This document shows, one piece after another, positions 9,449 to 19,260 of a DNA stretch of 32,885 nucleotides. The notes below the pieces were generated by a model, which saw nothing but the letters and a program-made list of their open reading frames with translations, was not told the origin of the DNA and made no database searches. Source of the DNA: a virus (Duplodnaviria; Caudoviricetes); IMG/VR virus record IMGVR_UViG_3300049171_000190, positions 1-32,885 of that record. One strand, 5' to 3'. Every line of letters starts with the position of its first letter. Position 1 is the first letter of the stretch. The translations under genes and the position numbers were made by a program.

Positions 9449-9692
9449 GGGCACAGTGCATGTCTTCTCGCTCTTACTACCTCAGCAGCCCTTAAGGTCA
9501 TAAAACTGAGATGCTCGGCCGGTATCCGACCGACATCATGAACATGACCAATCGAGATACTCACGACCACGCCCTGGATGATGAGGACTGCTCCAGCCAT
9601 TGCCCGACATGGTTTATTCTCTCAATGCCTTTTGCGGCCCTGGCTTGTGTTAGTGCCGCCTTACTGATCAGCTAGATTACTTCAGTAAGCCC

Positions 9693-11558
9693 AGTGGTTA
9701 AAATCTAACACTTGGTACCCAATCCGCGATACCCGACCGAAGCCAAAGCGGATATTCGGCCAACGTGGCTTCGTGCCAGGACTGGGCATTTGCGACTGTG
9801 ATGTAATCAGTCAGTCCAGGCGCTGACGTTGATAACGCGTCGGCGCTCTGCTTGGAATACTCATTGTGCGACGAGGGTTGGAAGCCCCTGCACTCTCGTG
9901 ACCGGTGGCGGGTTCCATCTGCCCGAGAGAACCTCGGACTTCGGGCTATAGAGCCGCATCGTCAAGTTGAAGCCGCCTTTCGGCGCCGGCAGCCAGTTGG
10001 CCTCCTTGTCCTTGCCTGGGCTCTCGTTCTGGAAATAGAGGTCGAGCGACCCATCCGGGTTGTACTTGAATGGCATCCAACTGCTGACCGCAAAGCGGTC
10101 GAGGCTGTTCGCCACCTGGAAACCATCCGGATCATAGAGCGTGACCGACCAGAAGGCGTTCACTGGCGGCGTCGCGCCCTTCTCGAAGTGCAGCGTGTAT
10201 TTGTTGGCGCCATCGAGCGGCCTGCCGGCTTCGTCACCGAGATTGAGCGGGTAGACCGCATCCTCAGGCAGGTTCGCGCCGAGACCCTGCTGCGTAACGA
10301 TGGCCCGCTTGAGATAGTAGTTCCCATAAACGCCCATCGTATCGGTGTTCATCGACCAATGGTTGGCGACCCGCGCGAGCGTCGGGAGCTTCCACTCCAT
10401 GAGTTTCTGCCCGGCTTCCGGCGCACTTTCGAGGCCCTTCTTCACCGCTGGCGGAGCCTTCTCGATGTCAAAGCTCTGGCCCGGCACGATGCCGATGCGC
10501 TTCATCTGCGCGAGGATCGGTTCATCGGTGAGATGCGGTGGATGGAGCTTCAGCAACTCGGCGGCGTAGGCGAAGTATTGACCCGCCGACATGGTGTCAG
10601 CCTGAACCTTCGGCGCGGTCTTCATGTCAACGCTGGGATCGATCTTCACCTCGACCGGCCTTGGCGCCTTGCCCCAGTCGGATAGCATCGTGACCTTGTA
10701 GCCAGCTTGGATCTTGTGAACCGCGTCATAGTCCGGCGGCCCATCCGTTTTCGTCCGACCGATAACCCAGACATACGGGGTCGGTGCGCTGATGCGCGTC
10801 ATCTCGGCGGGAACGGTCCCGCTCCAACCGGGCGGGGTGACGAGAAAGTTACCCGCCTGCGTCCCGGTCGTGCGCCATCCGGGGGAGGCAAACACATCCG
10901 TCCACATGTCGAGCATTGGCAGGAGGTAGTAGCGTCCGCTGGTGTCCGGCGCGGAGACAACCAGCGGCTCCTTGGTCAGATCGAGCCACGCAACGGAATA
11001 GAGCGTATCGAAGTTGACCCGCACGACGATCTTCAGATCGGCCGGGGGAAACGACGGGACATTCACGAACGTGTTCATCGGGCCTTTGGCGAACTCTTTC
11101 CCGGGTTCGATGTTCGTGGATTGCTTGCGCGTGATGTCCATCGAGATGAGCGGGTAGAAGTAGATGTAGGCATCGACGCCGATGGCGTGCGCCTCCGCCT
11201 CGGTGATTGGTGGCGATGCGCCCTGGGCTATCGCCCCGTGCGCCAGTGTCGACCCTAAGAGAAGGCCCAAAGACAGTGCGATTGCGTTCCTATTCACGTC
11301 GTCCTCCCGCTTCAGTTGAAGTGATTGCGACGCAACAAGCCCCACCTAGTCATACACCCAACTGGGCTAAGCGAGTGTCCTCTTAAGGATAGTGTGCCCT
11401 GACAAGCTGTACCGTGGAGGCGTCAACCTGCGAATGGGAAAAGCCAAGAATGTCCGGTCCAAGTCAGATCCGGTAGTACGGAGAGGATAGGTGAATGTCC
11501 GCTTTCCACCCAAAGTGCAGGCTTGGTGGTCGGTACCAAGCGTTAGAATTTAACCACT
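9693..11558. mobile_element. Putative non-autonomous transposable module bounded by 27-bp terminal inverted repeats, carrying the DUF1254/DUF1214 gene
   Basis: 9693-9719 AGTGGTTAAAATCTAACACTTGGTACC vs reverse complement of 11532-11558 AGTGGTTAAATTCTAACGCTTGGTACC (25/27); second inner IR 9745-9757 vs 11493-11505 (12/13). Confidence 0.7.
9861..11297 (-). CDS. Exported DUF1254/DUF1214 domain protein
   Basis: GTG at 11297 with GGAGG RBS; signal peptide; VRVNFDTLYSVAWLDL, GLGANLPEDAVYP, FWSVTLYD, NWLPAP motifs. Confidence 0.9.
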   Translation of the reverse strand: MNRNAIALSLGLLLGSTLAHGAIAQGASPPITEAEAHAIGVDAYIYFYPLISMDITRKQSTNIEPGKEFAKGPMNTFVNVPSFPPADLKIVVRVNFDTLYSVAWLDLTKEPLVVSAPDTSGRYYLLPMLDMWTDVFASPGWRTTGTQAGNFLVTPPGWSGTVPAEMTRISAPTPYVWVIGRTKTDGPPDYDAVHKIQAGYKVTMLSDWGKAPRPVEVKIDPSVDMKTAPKVQADTMSAGQYFAYAAELLKLHPPHLTDEPILAQMKRIGIVPGQSFDIEKAPPAVKKGLESAPEAGQKLMEWKLPTLARVANHWSMNTDTMGVYGNYYLKRAIVTQQGLGANLPEDAVYPLNLGDEAGRPLDGANKYTLHFEKGATPPVNAFWSVTLYDPDGFQVANSLDRFAVSSWMPFKYNPDGSLDLYFQNESPGKDKEANWLPAPKGGFNLTMRLYSPKSEVLSGRWNPPPVTRVQGLPTLVAQ

Positions 11559-11578
11559 AGCTTCTCTGCCGTCGGCAT

Positions 11579-12013
11579 TCATTCGGAGCCAGTGGCACGA
11601 TCCGCCGCTGCCTTAGCTTTGCGGTTAGCTCTGCTTTGGGCGAGATCGGCAGTGCGTGAATGCTTCGACCGCTGTTCGATTTTGCGCCGGATCTCATCAA
11701 GCTCTTCTTGGGTGAGGTGTTCAATCCCGATGAATGAGTTCTTTGCACTACTAGCCCTGATAAGCTCATCGAGCTTGGCTTGAATAGCGGCTCCGTCTCG
11801 GTTCTGAGTATTCTGGATCAAAAACACCATCAGGAACGTAATGATTGTCGTTCCTGTATTGATGACCAGCTGCCATCCATCAGAGAACTCGAAGATGGGA
11901 CCGCTGATAACCCAGACCAGCACAATCAGAACACAGAGAGCGAACGTGGCCGGCCGTCCGCCCGCGTGGGCTACTTTCTCTGCAAAGTCTGAAAAATACC
12001 GAGAGACTTGCAT
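11579..12013 (-). CDS. Low-affinity iron permease (Fet4) family protein
   Basis: WQLVINTGTTIITFLMVFLIQNTQNRD..AIQAKLDELI signature. Confidence 0.92.
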   Translation of the reverse strand: MQVSRYFSDFAEKVAHAGGRPATFALCVLIVLVWVISGPIFEFSDGWQLVINTGTTIITFLMVFLIQNTQNRDGAAIQAKLDELIRASSAKNSFIGIEHLTQEELDEIRRKIEQRSKHSRTADLAQSRANRKAKAAADRATGSE

Positions 12014-12657
12014 TCAGGCATGATACTGAGCCTGAGGTTACATTTCAATTTCTATCGCAACAAACCCAGCTCTACGCCAGATCCTCTTCCACATATTGGC
12101 CGGGAGCGATTAGTGAATGATCACACTCAAGGCAGGGCTCGCGAGATCGGCTAAGCCGATAAGCAATACAAAAGTCGTGAGCGCTACTCCAACAAAAAGG
12201 GCAATGATTGAAAGGGCTTGCATAGCACCCACCCACGTTGGACAGGGCCGGAATTCTGTCCTTTGGTAAGCTACAAATCAATGCTCTCCCCGGGGGTACT
12301 TCTTTCTAGCAAAGCTCGCCAGCCCCTCGTCTCAACAGCCCAGCCTCTCGGCAATGCTCTCTTCAACATAGAGGTTGGGGCTTATCTCTATCATCAGAAC
12401 GTGACTGTCTCGGATGTAGGTCTGCATCCAATGCCCGCTTCGACAGCTGCTTCGGCAACGAAGTAATTATGTCCACACAACTCGGCATAGGAGAATTCAG
12501 ACTGCCTATATGTCTTTTTGATTACCTCTTGAGATCACTTAATTTACCTGAGAAATCTACTCTTCGGCAGAGAAACATAAAATTCTATTCGCATCAGAAC
12601 AAATTAGAAGCTTAGTAATTCTTACTAATATCCCTGCTCTAGTGCGGGAGTATTGCC

Positions 12658-13842
12658 ATGGCATGCAGCATCCAGATTACAGGCGTCACCGGTAAGCGTA
12701 CTGCATCTAGCGCCTATGCGACCTCAGTAACGATCTCAGGGACAGCGCAGGAATGCAGAGAGGTCAGAGTCGCACTAATCTGCGCGAGCTATATTGACCA
12801 AGTGGTGCCCGTTGATCCTCAAAATGGCAAATGGTCGGTCGAATTCACCAATCTTGCTCTTTTAAAGTGCGCCTGTCAGGGGACCCCCGGAGCACACCAG
12901 ATTAGTTTACGAGCGATCTGCGAAGAAAATCCGGGGTGCTCGGTTGAGGGCAACTATTGGCTTCCCTGTCAGTATGACTGCCCAACAGTGATCGGGATTA
13001 ACCAATCGAACGATCTGCCGAAGAAACCTCAAGAAGAGATCCCCGCGTGCCTTGACGATCCTGTGCAGGGGACGTTCACCTTCACTCCTAACATGTTCCC
13101 GTCGGGGCCGGGTACATTCACGTGGGACTTCGGAGATGGAACCACTGGCTCGGGCATAGCTGTGAACCATACCTATCCCTTCCCCAGCGTTCTCCCCTAC
13201 ACCGTAACGGTAAAGTTCGAGCCATCGACTCCAGGTTGTGAAGTATCGACCGCAACTCTCGTGCTTAACGTCCCGAAATGTCCGCCGACACCTCCACCGC
13301 CGCCACCGAATGGCAATGGCGACAAGGACGGGGATGGTGATCAGACGCCTCCACCCCCACCCCCACCCTCTGACGGGGATGGTGATAAAGATGGAGACAA
13401 AGATAAAGACGACGATGACGACGACAAGAAAAAGGACGATGATGGAGGCGGATTCAATTTCTGCGCCGCGCTTTTAATTGCGGCCCTTCTTATGTTCGTT
13501 GGCGGGACGCTGCTGCTGGCTTACGGACTTTGTTATAAGCTCGCTTGGGCAATTGGGGTTGGTATAGCCGGTGCCGTTGTCGGCTTCGGTCTCTTCATCC
13601 TGTGGACCATCCTTTGTAGTCGCTCAACACCATGTCCAATTTTGCAGGTCGTCTGGTGCTTCCTGTTGATCTCGATCAGTATCGGCGGCATCGCTGCTGG
13701 GATCCTAGCTTGGATACTCACGAAGGATCCACTCTGTGCAGCGGCATTCTTCGGGGCCGTGGAGGCACTGGGAATCCCGTTTGGATGGCTGACAGTCCTT
13801 ATGAATAAGATCAACTGCAAGCCATCGTGCTTCGGCCTTTAG
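12658..13842 (+). CDS. Cys-rich PKD-domain membrane protein
   Basis: GGGAG RBS; FTWDFGDGTTGSG..VNHTY PKD signature; Pro/Asp-rich linker; about four C-terminal hydrophobic helices. Confidence 0.8.
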   Translation: MACSIQITGVTGKRTASSAYATSVTISGTAQECREVRVALICASYIDQVVPVDPQNGKWSVEFTNLALLKCACQGTPGAHQISLRAICEENPGCSVEGNYWLPCQYDCPTVIGINQSNDLPKKPQEEIPACLDDPVQGTFTFTPNMFPSGPGTFTWDFGDGTTGSGIAVNHTYPFPSVLPYTVTVKFEPSTPGCEVSTATLVLNVPKCPPTPPPPPPNGNGDKDGDGDQTPPPPPPPSDGDGDKDGDKDKDDDDDDKKKDDDGGGFNFCAALLIAALLMFVGGTLLLAYGLCYKLAWAIGVGIAGAVVGFGLFILWTILCSRSTPCPILQVVWCFLLISISIGGIAAGILAWILTKDPLCAAAFFGAVEALGIPFGWLTVLMNKINCKPSCFGL

Positions 13843-14040
13843 GTTTACAGCTCCAGCCTCTCAATGATCTCTCTTAAAGGTAGAGGCTCGAGCTGATCTT
13901 CATCATGAGACAGCCATCGTCTCGGGTGCAGCATTTGTTCTCGGAGGTTATGGGGTAAGATGAACGCTTAGACAGATCGACATTCAGAGCGGGTTCACTC
14001 CCAGGGGCGCACTCTCAATGCATCCCCTTAGGAGGGTAAT

Positions 14041-14346
14041 ATGTTGAAGAAAGTGGTTTTAGCTCTTGCGCTCGCTGCTGCTGGCTTTGCATCCCAGTCG
14101 GCTTCTGCAAGCCCGATAACAGGTCCTGCATTTATCGCTGACGGTTCAGGCCTCTCGGTTCAGCAAATCCAATATTACGATCCGCCGCGTTATGAACGGC
14201 GATACGAAGGCCGGCCACGGCGCTATGAAGAGCGTCCCTACTGGCGCCGTGCTTACGGTCCACCGCCTTGGGCGCGTCCGTGGTGGCGTCGCCATCATGA
14301 ACGCCCATACTGGGAGCGGCGAGAGTACTACGGTCGGCGTTGGTAA
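14041..14346 (+). CDS. Small secreted Arg/Tyr/Pro-rich protein
   Basis: AGGAGG RBS; signal peptide MLKKVVLALALAAAGFASQSASA; low-complexity R/Y/W tail. Confidence 0.8.
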   Translation: MLKKVVLALALAAAGFASQSASASPITGPAFIADGSGLSVQQIQYYDPPRYERRYEGRPRRYEERPYWRRAYGPPPWARPWWRRHHERPYWERREYYGRRW

Positions 14347-14366
14347 GAAAATCTCAGAAGTCAGAG

Positions 14367-14405
14367 AAAAGCCCCGTGAGAGCATCTCGCCGGGGCTATT
14401 TTCTT
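14367..14405. terminator. Bidirectional intrinsic terminator
   Basis: AAAA-GCCCCG...CGGGGC-TATTTTCTT between convergent genes. Confidence 0.65.
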
Positions 14406-14524
14406 GCAAGCTTCGCACTCTGAGAGACAGCAGCCGTAGCTCCGTCTCTCTCACGCGGTCGTAGCTCAAAGCCCATTCAGGCGAGCACACTGCACCACAA
14501 GTCTTCGTGACCGAATAACTACCG

Positions 14525-15088
14525 CTAAGCGGCCTTGGTTTCAAGAGTCTCGAAGACATTTGTCAACAAGAGACGCTCTCCTTCAAGAATACCTGCGTTG
14601 GCTGCTGGGAAATGGCCGAGCACTTCTCCTTGATACCACAGTGCAGCAATGAGCGGCGCTCTGATGCGATCGGCAAAGCGCGTGAGCTGCTTCTCGCGGA
14701 ATGGTCCCATGACGCGATAGAAGGGCCGATCATTGACCACCCTGGCGTCATACACCACTCGGTCGTGATAAGCCCAAAGCTCCTGATGTCCGCACACATC
14801 AGGATCAACGCCGACGAACAGATAACCCGCAGCCGGCCGCTTGCCGACCTCGTACACTCGCCCACGTCGGCGCACCATGTCGGGCTCAACAGGCCGATAG
14901 GTAGCGAACCCAGCCTTCTCTAGGCCCTTCTGTACTTTCGCCTCAGCCTTCGAGTTCACACGGACCACATACCATTTGCGGCTTTCGTCGATCTTAACCG
15001 GGAGACGCTCAAGCCGGATGAAATGGGTGGAAGTCGGCTTCGGCGTCTCATAGCGCTGGCGGTGCTTCTTGCGACGGTTCTTGCTCAT
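14525..15088 (-). CDS. NusG-like (NGN domain) late antiterminator, Q position
   Basis: KWYVVRVNSKAEAKVQKGLEKAGFATYRP...P..GYLFV NGN motif; last gene of the replication operon. Confidence 0.8.
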   Translation of the reverse strand: MSKNRRKKHRQRYETPKPTSTHFIRLERLPVKIDESRKWYVVRVNSKAEAKVQKGLEKAGFATYRPVEPDMVRRRGRVYEVGKRPAAGYLFVGVDPDVCGHQELWAYHDRVVYDARVVNDRPFYRVMGPFREKQLTRFADRIRAPLIAALWYQGEVLGHFPAANAGILEGERLLLTNVFETLETKAA

Positions 15089-15143
15089 GCTGCTGCGTTC
15101 CATTCCATGCGGGCGATAGTGGGGTTGATCGATGCGGTGAAAT

Positions 15144-16139
15144 TCATGAGGAGGCCTCAGTCGGAAACAGCGTCGGAAAGTAGTTGCCGAAGCCCTTCTC
15201 CGCTTTCACTTGCATGGCGACCTTGGGCACCTTGCCCTTGGCCCGATACCAGTCGCGCCATGCATCCCAGGCTCGTGTTCCTTCCATGACCCAGGCCATC
15301 GTGCGCCCGCGCTCCACAGCCGCCGCGGCCTTGCGCTCTTCCTCGAGGAAACCTGCCCAGCCCCTTTCGCGAAGCCAGTTCTGCGGGGCCTTCAGCTTGC
15401 GCCCTCCCCTGCGGCAGTACTCGACATATCGGCTGGCGATCTTGGAGGCGTTGTCCTGATCGTCAGCACGCATGCGGTAGAAGCCGCTCTCGACGCGCTC
15501 CCAGTTGATTGTTGGATCTGCCGGCCATGATTCACGGAAGCGATCAAAGCGAGCGCTTGCCGTCTTGGAGGGGATCCCTTCCAGATCGATCGAAGATCCC
15601 ACACCCAAATCCCCCTTGGGGGTATGGGGGTTTTGTTTTCTTTCAGTCTTTTGTTTTTCTTTCGAGCCGGGTTTACCGGGAGACGGTTCAGCCGGGAGAC
15701 GGTTTTCCAGGCATACGGTACCGTGAACCGGATTTTCAGGCACACGGTGAGCAGCGGTTTCCTCACCTTCTGCATCGGCTTTCTCGATGATCTCAGCCTG
15801 CTCATCAGTGGCTACCTGTCCTGCGGCGGTGGTCTCTTTCATGCTCACAGGCTCATCACAGATCACGTATCCGCAATTGCGGAACTTGCCCGTCTCTTTG
15901 TCGTGCTCATACTCAATCCGGGCATAACCCAACTCACGCAGAACCCGCATGATCTTCTGGAACTTGTCCCGTCCTACATCGAAGCGTTTCTGGAGCTGCT
16001 CAGGCTGAACCTCCCAGTCATGAGGGCGACTGAGCAGATACGTGAGCATCCCGAGCTCGGCAGACTTGAGCCGCTCGTCTTCGAAGACGCCGTTGTCGAT
16101 GGTCGTGTAGTTGCGGGTGCGGCGGCGGCGAATAATCAT
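15144..16139 (-). CDS. Phage replication initiator protein
   Basis: MIIRRRRTRNYTTIDN..LTYLLSRPHDW N-terminal wHTH; internal iterons; start at 16139 adjacent to the HNH stop. Confidence 0.8.
   Translation of the reverse strand: MIIRRRRTRNYTTIDNGVFEDERLKSAELGMLTYLLSRPHDWEVQPEQLQKRFDVGRDKFQKIMRVLRELGYARIEYEHDKETGKFRNCGYVICDEPVSMKETTAAGQVATDEQAEIIEKADAEGEETAAHRVPENPVHGTVCLENRLPAEPSPGKPGSKEKQKTERKQNPHTPKGDLGVGSSIDLEGIPSKTASARFDRFRESWPADPTINWERVESGFYRMRADDQDNASKIASRYVEYCRRGGRKLKAPQNWLRERGWAGFLEEERKAAAAVERGRTMAWVMEGTRAWDAWRDWYRAKGKVPKVAMQVKAEKGFGNYFPTLFPTEASS
15628..15750. repeat. Putative origin of replication: iterons plus AT-rich tract inside the initiator gene
   Basis: CCGGGAGACGGTT at 15676 and 15692; TTTTC(C)AGGCA(T/C)ACGGT twice (~15703, ~15733); T-rich tract 15631-15662. 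Confidence 0.65.
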
Positions 16140-16140
16140 G

Positions 16141-16515
16141 CTACGCTCCGCTCTCGTTGTGGCGGACCAAGCCGCCGACGAACCGCGGGGAGACGATAAC
16201 CAGCACGTCACGATCAACTGGCCCCGGAGCCTCAAGAGCAAACCGATACGGCAGATTGCCAGTTCGCAGGCCCTTCCAGAGACGATACTCTTCGATATCG
16301 AGGCGGCCTTTCTGGTAGTTGCAGGAGTGGCACGACATCACGAGCCCTTCCCGCTTCTTCGCCCCTCGCCAGCGAGGCTTGGTGTGCTCGATTTGGGCTT
16401 GCCGCACGCCGGTGGATAGCCCATTGCCGTCCATCACTGTTTGCTCGCCGCAGTAGTAGCAGCGACCGCCTTGGACATCGAACAGATGCTGAAGTGTCTC
16501 TCGCCAAGCACTCAT
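16141..16515 (-). CDS. HNH endonuclease
   Basis: RCYYCG, IEHTKPRWRG, SCHSCNYQKG; ATGA-coupled start at 16515. Confidence 0.88.
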   Translation of the reverse strand: MSAWRETLQHLFDVQGGRCYYCGEQTVMDGNGLSTGVRQAQIEHTKPRWRGAKKREGLVMSCHSCNYQKGRLDIEEYRLWKGLRTGNLPYRFALEAPGPVDRDVLVIVSPRFVGGLVRHNESGA

Positions 16516-16859
16516 GCCGCCACCCTCGCCTGCTTTCGCACGACGCCCCAATCCTCAAGCATGCGGATCGGCTCGTCGCGGCCATAGGTGACGGCGTAGG
16601 CGATGCCATTCACGATCAGCAGATCGCGAAACGTCTTCTGTTCCTGACGCAGCTTCCCGGCCTCGGTTTTGAGCTCTAGAAAGCCGACGCCCACCCTGCC
16701 GCCGATCACGAGAAGGTCAAAGAGGCCCTTGCAGAGCCCCGCCTGACCGAACGCCTTCTGGTTCGGGATCGCAGCCACGAGGGTGTCTGGAAGGCCGCAG
16801 GCTCGCCAATGATTGATCGTCGCCGATTGAATGGACGCTTCGGACACGCGGAATGTCAT
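16512..16859 (-). CDS. VRR-NUC-like nuclease
   Basis: [30 protein letters not shown]-(D/E)xK pattern. Confidence 0.8.
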   Translation of the reverse strand: MTFRVSEASIQSATINHWRACGLPDTLVAAIPNQKAFGQAGLCKGLFDLLVIGGRVGVGFLELKTEAGKLRQEQKTFRDLLIVNGIAYAVTYGRDEPIRMLEDWGVVRKQARVAA

Positions 16860-17209
16860 GCGGCACCTGCCCGACGAAGATGTGCCTCGACAGCCTCTTG
16901 GATGAAGGCAGCAGGCGACATGTCCCGGCCCGCCGCAGCGTTCCTGACAAGCGTCATGGCCCGTTGCGACAGTTCCACCGGGAAGACCGACGCGGACGGC
17001 TGAATGATGATGGCCCGTGCCAGGCCCGGCATACGGCGAATGCGTCCGCGCTCTTCCAAAGCTTCCAGTAGCCGATGGATGTTGGATTTTGAGCGGAGCC
17101 CCACAGCCTCCTTCATCTCGTCAAAGGTGGGAGAAACGCCATGCTGCTCATGATAGGAGACAATGAACCGAAAGAGTTCATCCTGCTTGCGGGTGAGGCC
17201 GGTGGTCAT
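16856..17209 (-). CDS. LexA DNA-binding-domain protein lacking the peptidase domain
   Basis: [13 protein letters not shown]...[34 protein letters not shown] closely parallels the alphaproteobacterial LexA N-terminus. Confidence 0.85.
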   Translation of the reverse strand: MTTGLTRKQDELFRFIVSYHEQHGVSPTFDEMKEAVGLRSKSNIHRLLEALEERGRIRRMPGLARAIIIQPSASVFPVELSQRAMTLVRNAAAGRDMSPAAFIQEAVEAHLRRAGAA

Positions 17210-18030
17210 GCCCGCCCTCCTTTCTGGATCGCGGTCCAATCTGCGTCCCAGAGCGCATCGGCCCAGTCCTGCAAGCCCCAGTCAGGGCCGGGCGTGATTG
17301 TGGCGGCAATCTTCGCGACCACGCGAGAACCATGCAGAATTGTCGTGTGATCCTTCCCGCCCAGGCTCCGCCCAATGGACGGCAGAGACAGCAGCGTGTT
17401 CTGCGTGGCGAGCCACATGGCGATCTGCCGCGCCCTGACAAGTGACTGCGTGCGGCGCTCGGACTTCATGTCGTGGATGGTTACTTGAGAGGCCCGCGAG
17501 GCAGCGCTCAAGCACTCTGCAAAGGTGGCGGTCCGCCTGTCCTGCAGGTTGATCATGGCGTGGCGCCAGAGGGGCGCTACACAGGCGAGTGGATCATTGA
17601 GGATCGGAAGAGCCTCGCCATTGATGACCGGGTCGAATTCCTGCAGGGCTCGGCCTGCCGCTCCAAAGGTCAGGCCGCACAGCATCGCTGCTTTGGCCGG
17701 CTCGGAAGTGAGAGAGCGTACCAGCACCGCCACAGCAACCTGGCGCGCAAGAGCCGCTGGCTTGGTCAGGCTGGTAAGAAGATCATCGAGCGAGATCTCT
17801 GCCCGTGTTGCAACAGCATCGAGGATCAATGCCTCCCGGTCGCTGGTCGCGGCACGATGAGGCACCTCGACTTCTGAGGCAGCCGGCCCAGACTCCGGCT
17901 CATCAGCCGCCGGCAGATCAGGCAACAGGTTCTTCATGCGCGGCCGGCGGGTGAAGAAGGTCGCATTGAGATACGTACGATTGGCCCGCATCTGTGCGAT
18001 CGTGACTGGGTTCGGATATGGAACGGCCAT
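17206..18030 (-). CDS. DnaA C-terminal (domain IV) HTH protein
   Basis: RARQIAMWL...[20 protein letters not shown] signature; a degenerate second copy lies upstream. Confidence 0.85.
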   Translation of the reverse strand: MAVPYPNPVTIAQMRANRTYLNATFFTRRPRMKNLLPDLPAADEPESGPAASEVEVPHRAATSDREALILDAVATRAEISLDDLLTSLTKPAALARQVAVAVLVRSLTSEPAKAAMLCGLTFGAAGRALQEFDPVINGEALPILNDPLACVAPLWRHAMINLQDRRTATFAECLSAASRASQVTIHDMKSERRTQSLVRARQIAMWLATQNTLLSLPSIGRSLGGKDHTTILHGSRVVAKIAATITPGPDWGLQDWADALWDADWTAIQKGGRA

Positions 18031-18032
18031 GA

Positions 18033-18392
18033 TCAGGCCCCCATCCCGTAGCGGCGCTGGAGTTCTGTCGGCGGCTTCTCTTCACGTACGCGTGCACGTG
18101 CACGTGTGAGAGACCCTTCGCTCTCGGGCGTGGTGCCCTCAATACCAGAGGCCACATCGAGCATGCCGAGTTCCTGCAGGTACAGAGCCAGAATGGCATT
18201 GCTCTCTTGCACGGCCGGCAGATCCTTGCGGCGCAGGCCAACGACCTGCTTGAGCACCTTCACGTCAAAACCCATTGCCTTTGCTTCGGCGTAGATGTCG
18301 CGCTTGTCGGCATTGAGATCGGCGATCTCGCCTTCAACGCGCTCGATGCGGCTGACGAAGGATTTCAGTTGGGAATTTTCTAGACCGCTCAT
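18033..18392 (-). CDS. GapR/DUF2312-like nucleoid-associated protein
   Basis: QLKSFVSRIERVEGEIADLNADKRDIYAEAKAMGFDVKVLKQVV; start at 18392. Confidence 0.9.
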   Translation of the reverse strand: MSGLENSQLKSFVSRIERVEGEIADLNADKRDIYAEAKAMGFDVKVLKQVVGLRRKDLPAVQESNAILALYLQELGMLDVASGIEGTTPESEGSLTRARARVREEKPPTELQRRYGMGA

Positions 18393-18868
18393 GCGACTTG
18401 CCCCTTGATCGGAATGACGACGGCGGCCGGCGCCGTATCCAGGAGGCGATCCATGCATGCGAGGATATGCATCAGATCGCGAATTTCCTTGCGCGCGCTG
18501 GAGCGCTTGGCCGGGTCGTGCATGGCCTCGACTGTGGAAGCGAAAGCCTCGCCCCACTCCTTTGCCGATTTGGCTGTTAGTGTGTGGATGCAGCTTTCTT
18601 CCACCTCGCTCGGGACGAAGAACCCGCCTGCAAGAGATGCCATGTCCTCAGCTGGCGCTAGGCAACCAGTCTCACGCACGAGCTTGCGCACCAGGTCATA
18701 GGAAATCTGATCGTGCTCGTCGGGGTCGCGATAAGCATAGAGCTGGGTCTGAGACTTCTCGACGCCGATGCTGTCCTTGAGGATGTGCTGCACCTTCTTG
18801 ATGCCGCCCATTTCGTTGTAGGTGCGCTCGACAACATCAGCGGTCGAACCAAAGGGACGAACTTTCAT
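18389..18868 (-). CDS. CII-like phage regulatory protein
   Basis: Position downstream of cro; QLYAYRDPD...AEDMASLAGGFFVP pattern. Confidence 0.55.
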   Translation of the reverse strand: MKVRPFGSTADVVERTYNEMGGIKKVQHILKDSIGVEKSQTQLYAYRDPDEHDQISYDLVRKLVRETGCLAPAEDMASLAGGFFVPSEVEESCIHTLTAKSAKEWGEAFASTVEAMHDPAKRSSARKEIRDLMHILACMDRLLDTAPAAVVIPIKGQVA

Positions 18869-19260
18869 CGTTAGGAACCTTGGCGGAAAGAGAGGAAGCT
18901 ATTCCGCTCGACCGTGCCGATGGGGCGGGCGATAACCAGAGCCGTGGAAGCGGGGGCTGACACAGAAGAAAAAGCGCGGGCGGCTTGACAATCGGTTGAA
19001 AGGAGACCGCCCGCGCAGGTACCATCAGCCGGCGACCGGAAGCTGATGGGGGAGGAACGAGGAATGAAGCCATCATGCGTGAGCGCATGGAATCCGGTGA
19101 AGGGTGAATACCTCCAACGAGGCTTTGCCCGAGGTACTCCTCGTGCGCAGGGGCCTCGGCAAATCATCTGTGCTTCAATAACTTTGGGGGAGTCCATTGT
19201 GCTGCTCGCACCTTCCGAAAAAACAACAAGTGGTCTCGTGCGCTGTCGGAGCCGCGTCAG

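Noticed and set aside
9852-11258. Plus-strand ORFs 9852-10685 and 10707-11258
   Set aside because: Antisense shadows of the DUF1254/DUF1214 gene
12072-12466. Short ORFs in the AT-rich spacer
   Set aside because: No convincing start signals or protein-like composition; possibly a degraded remnant
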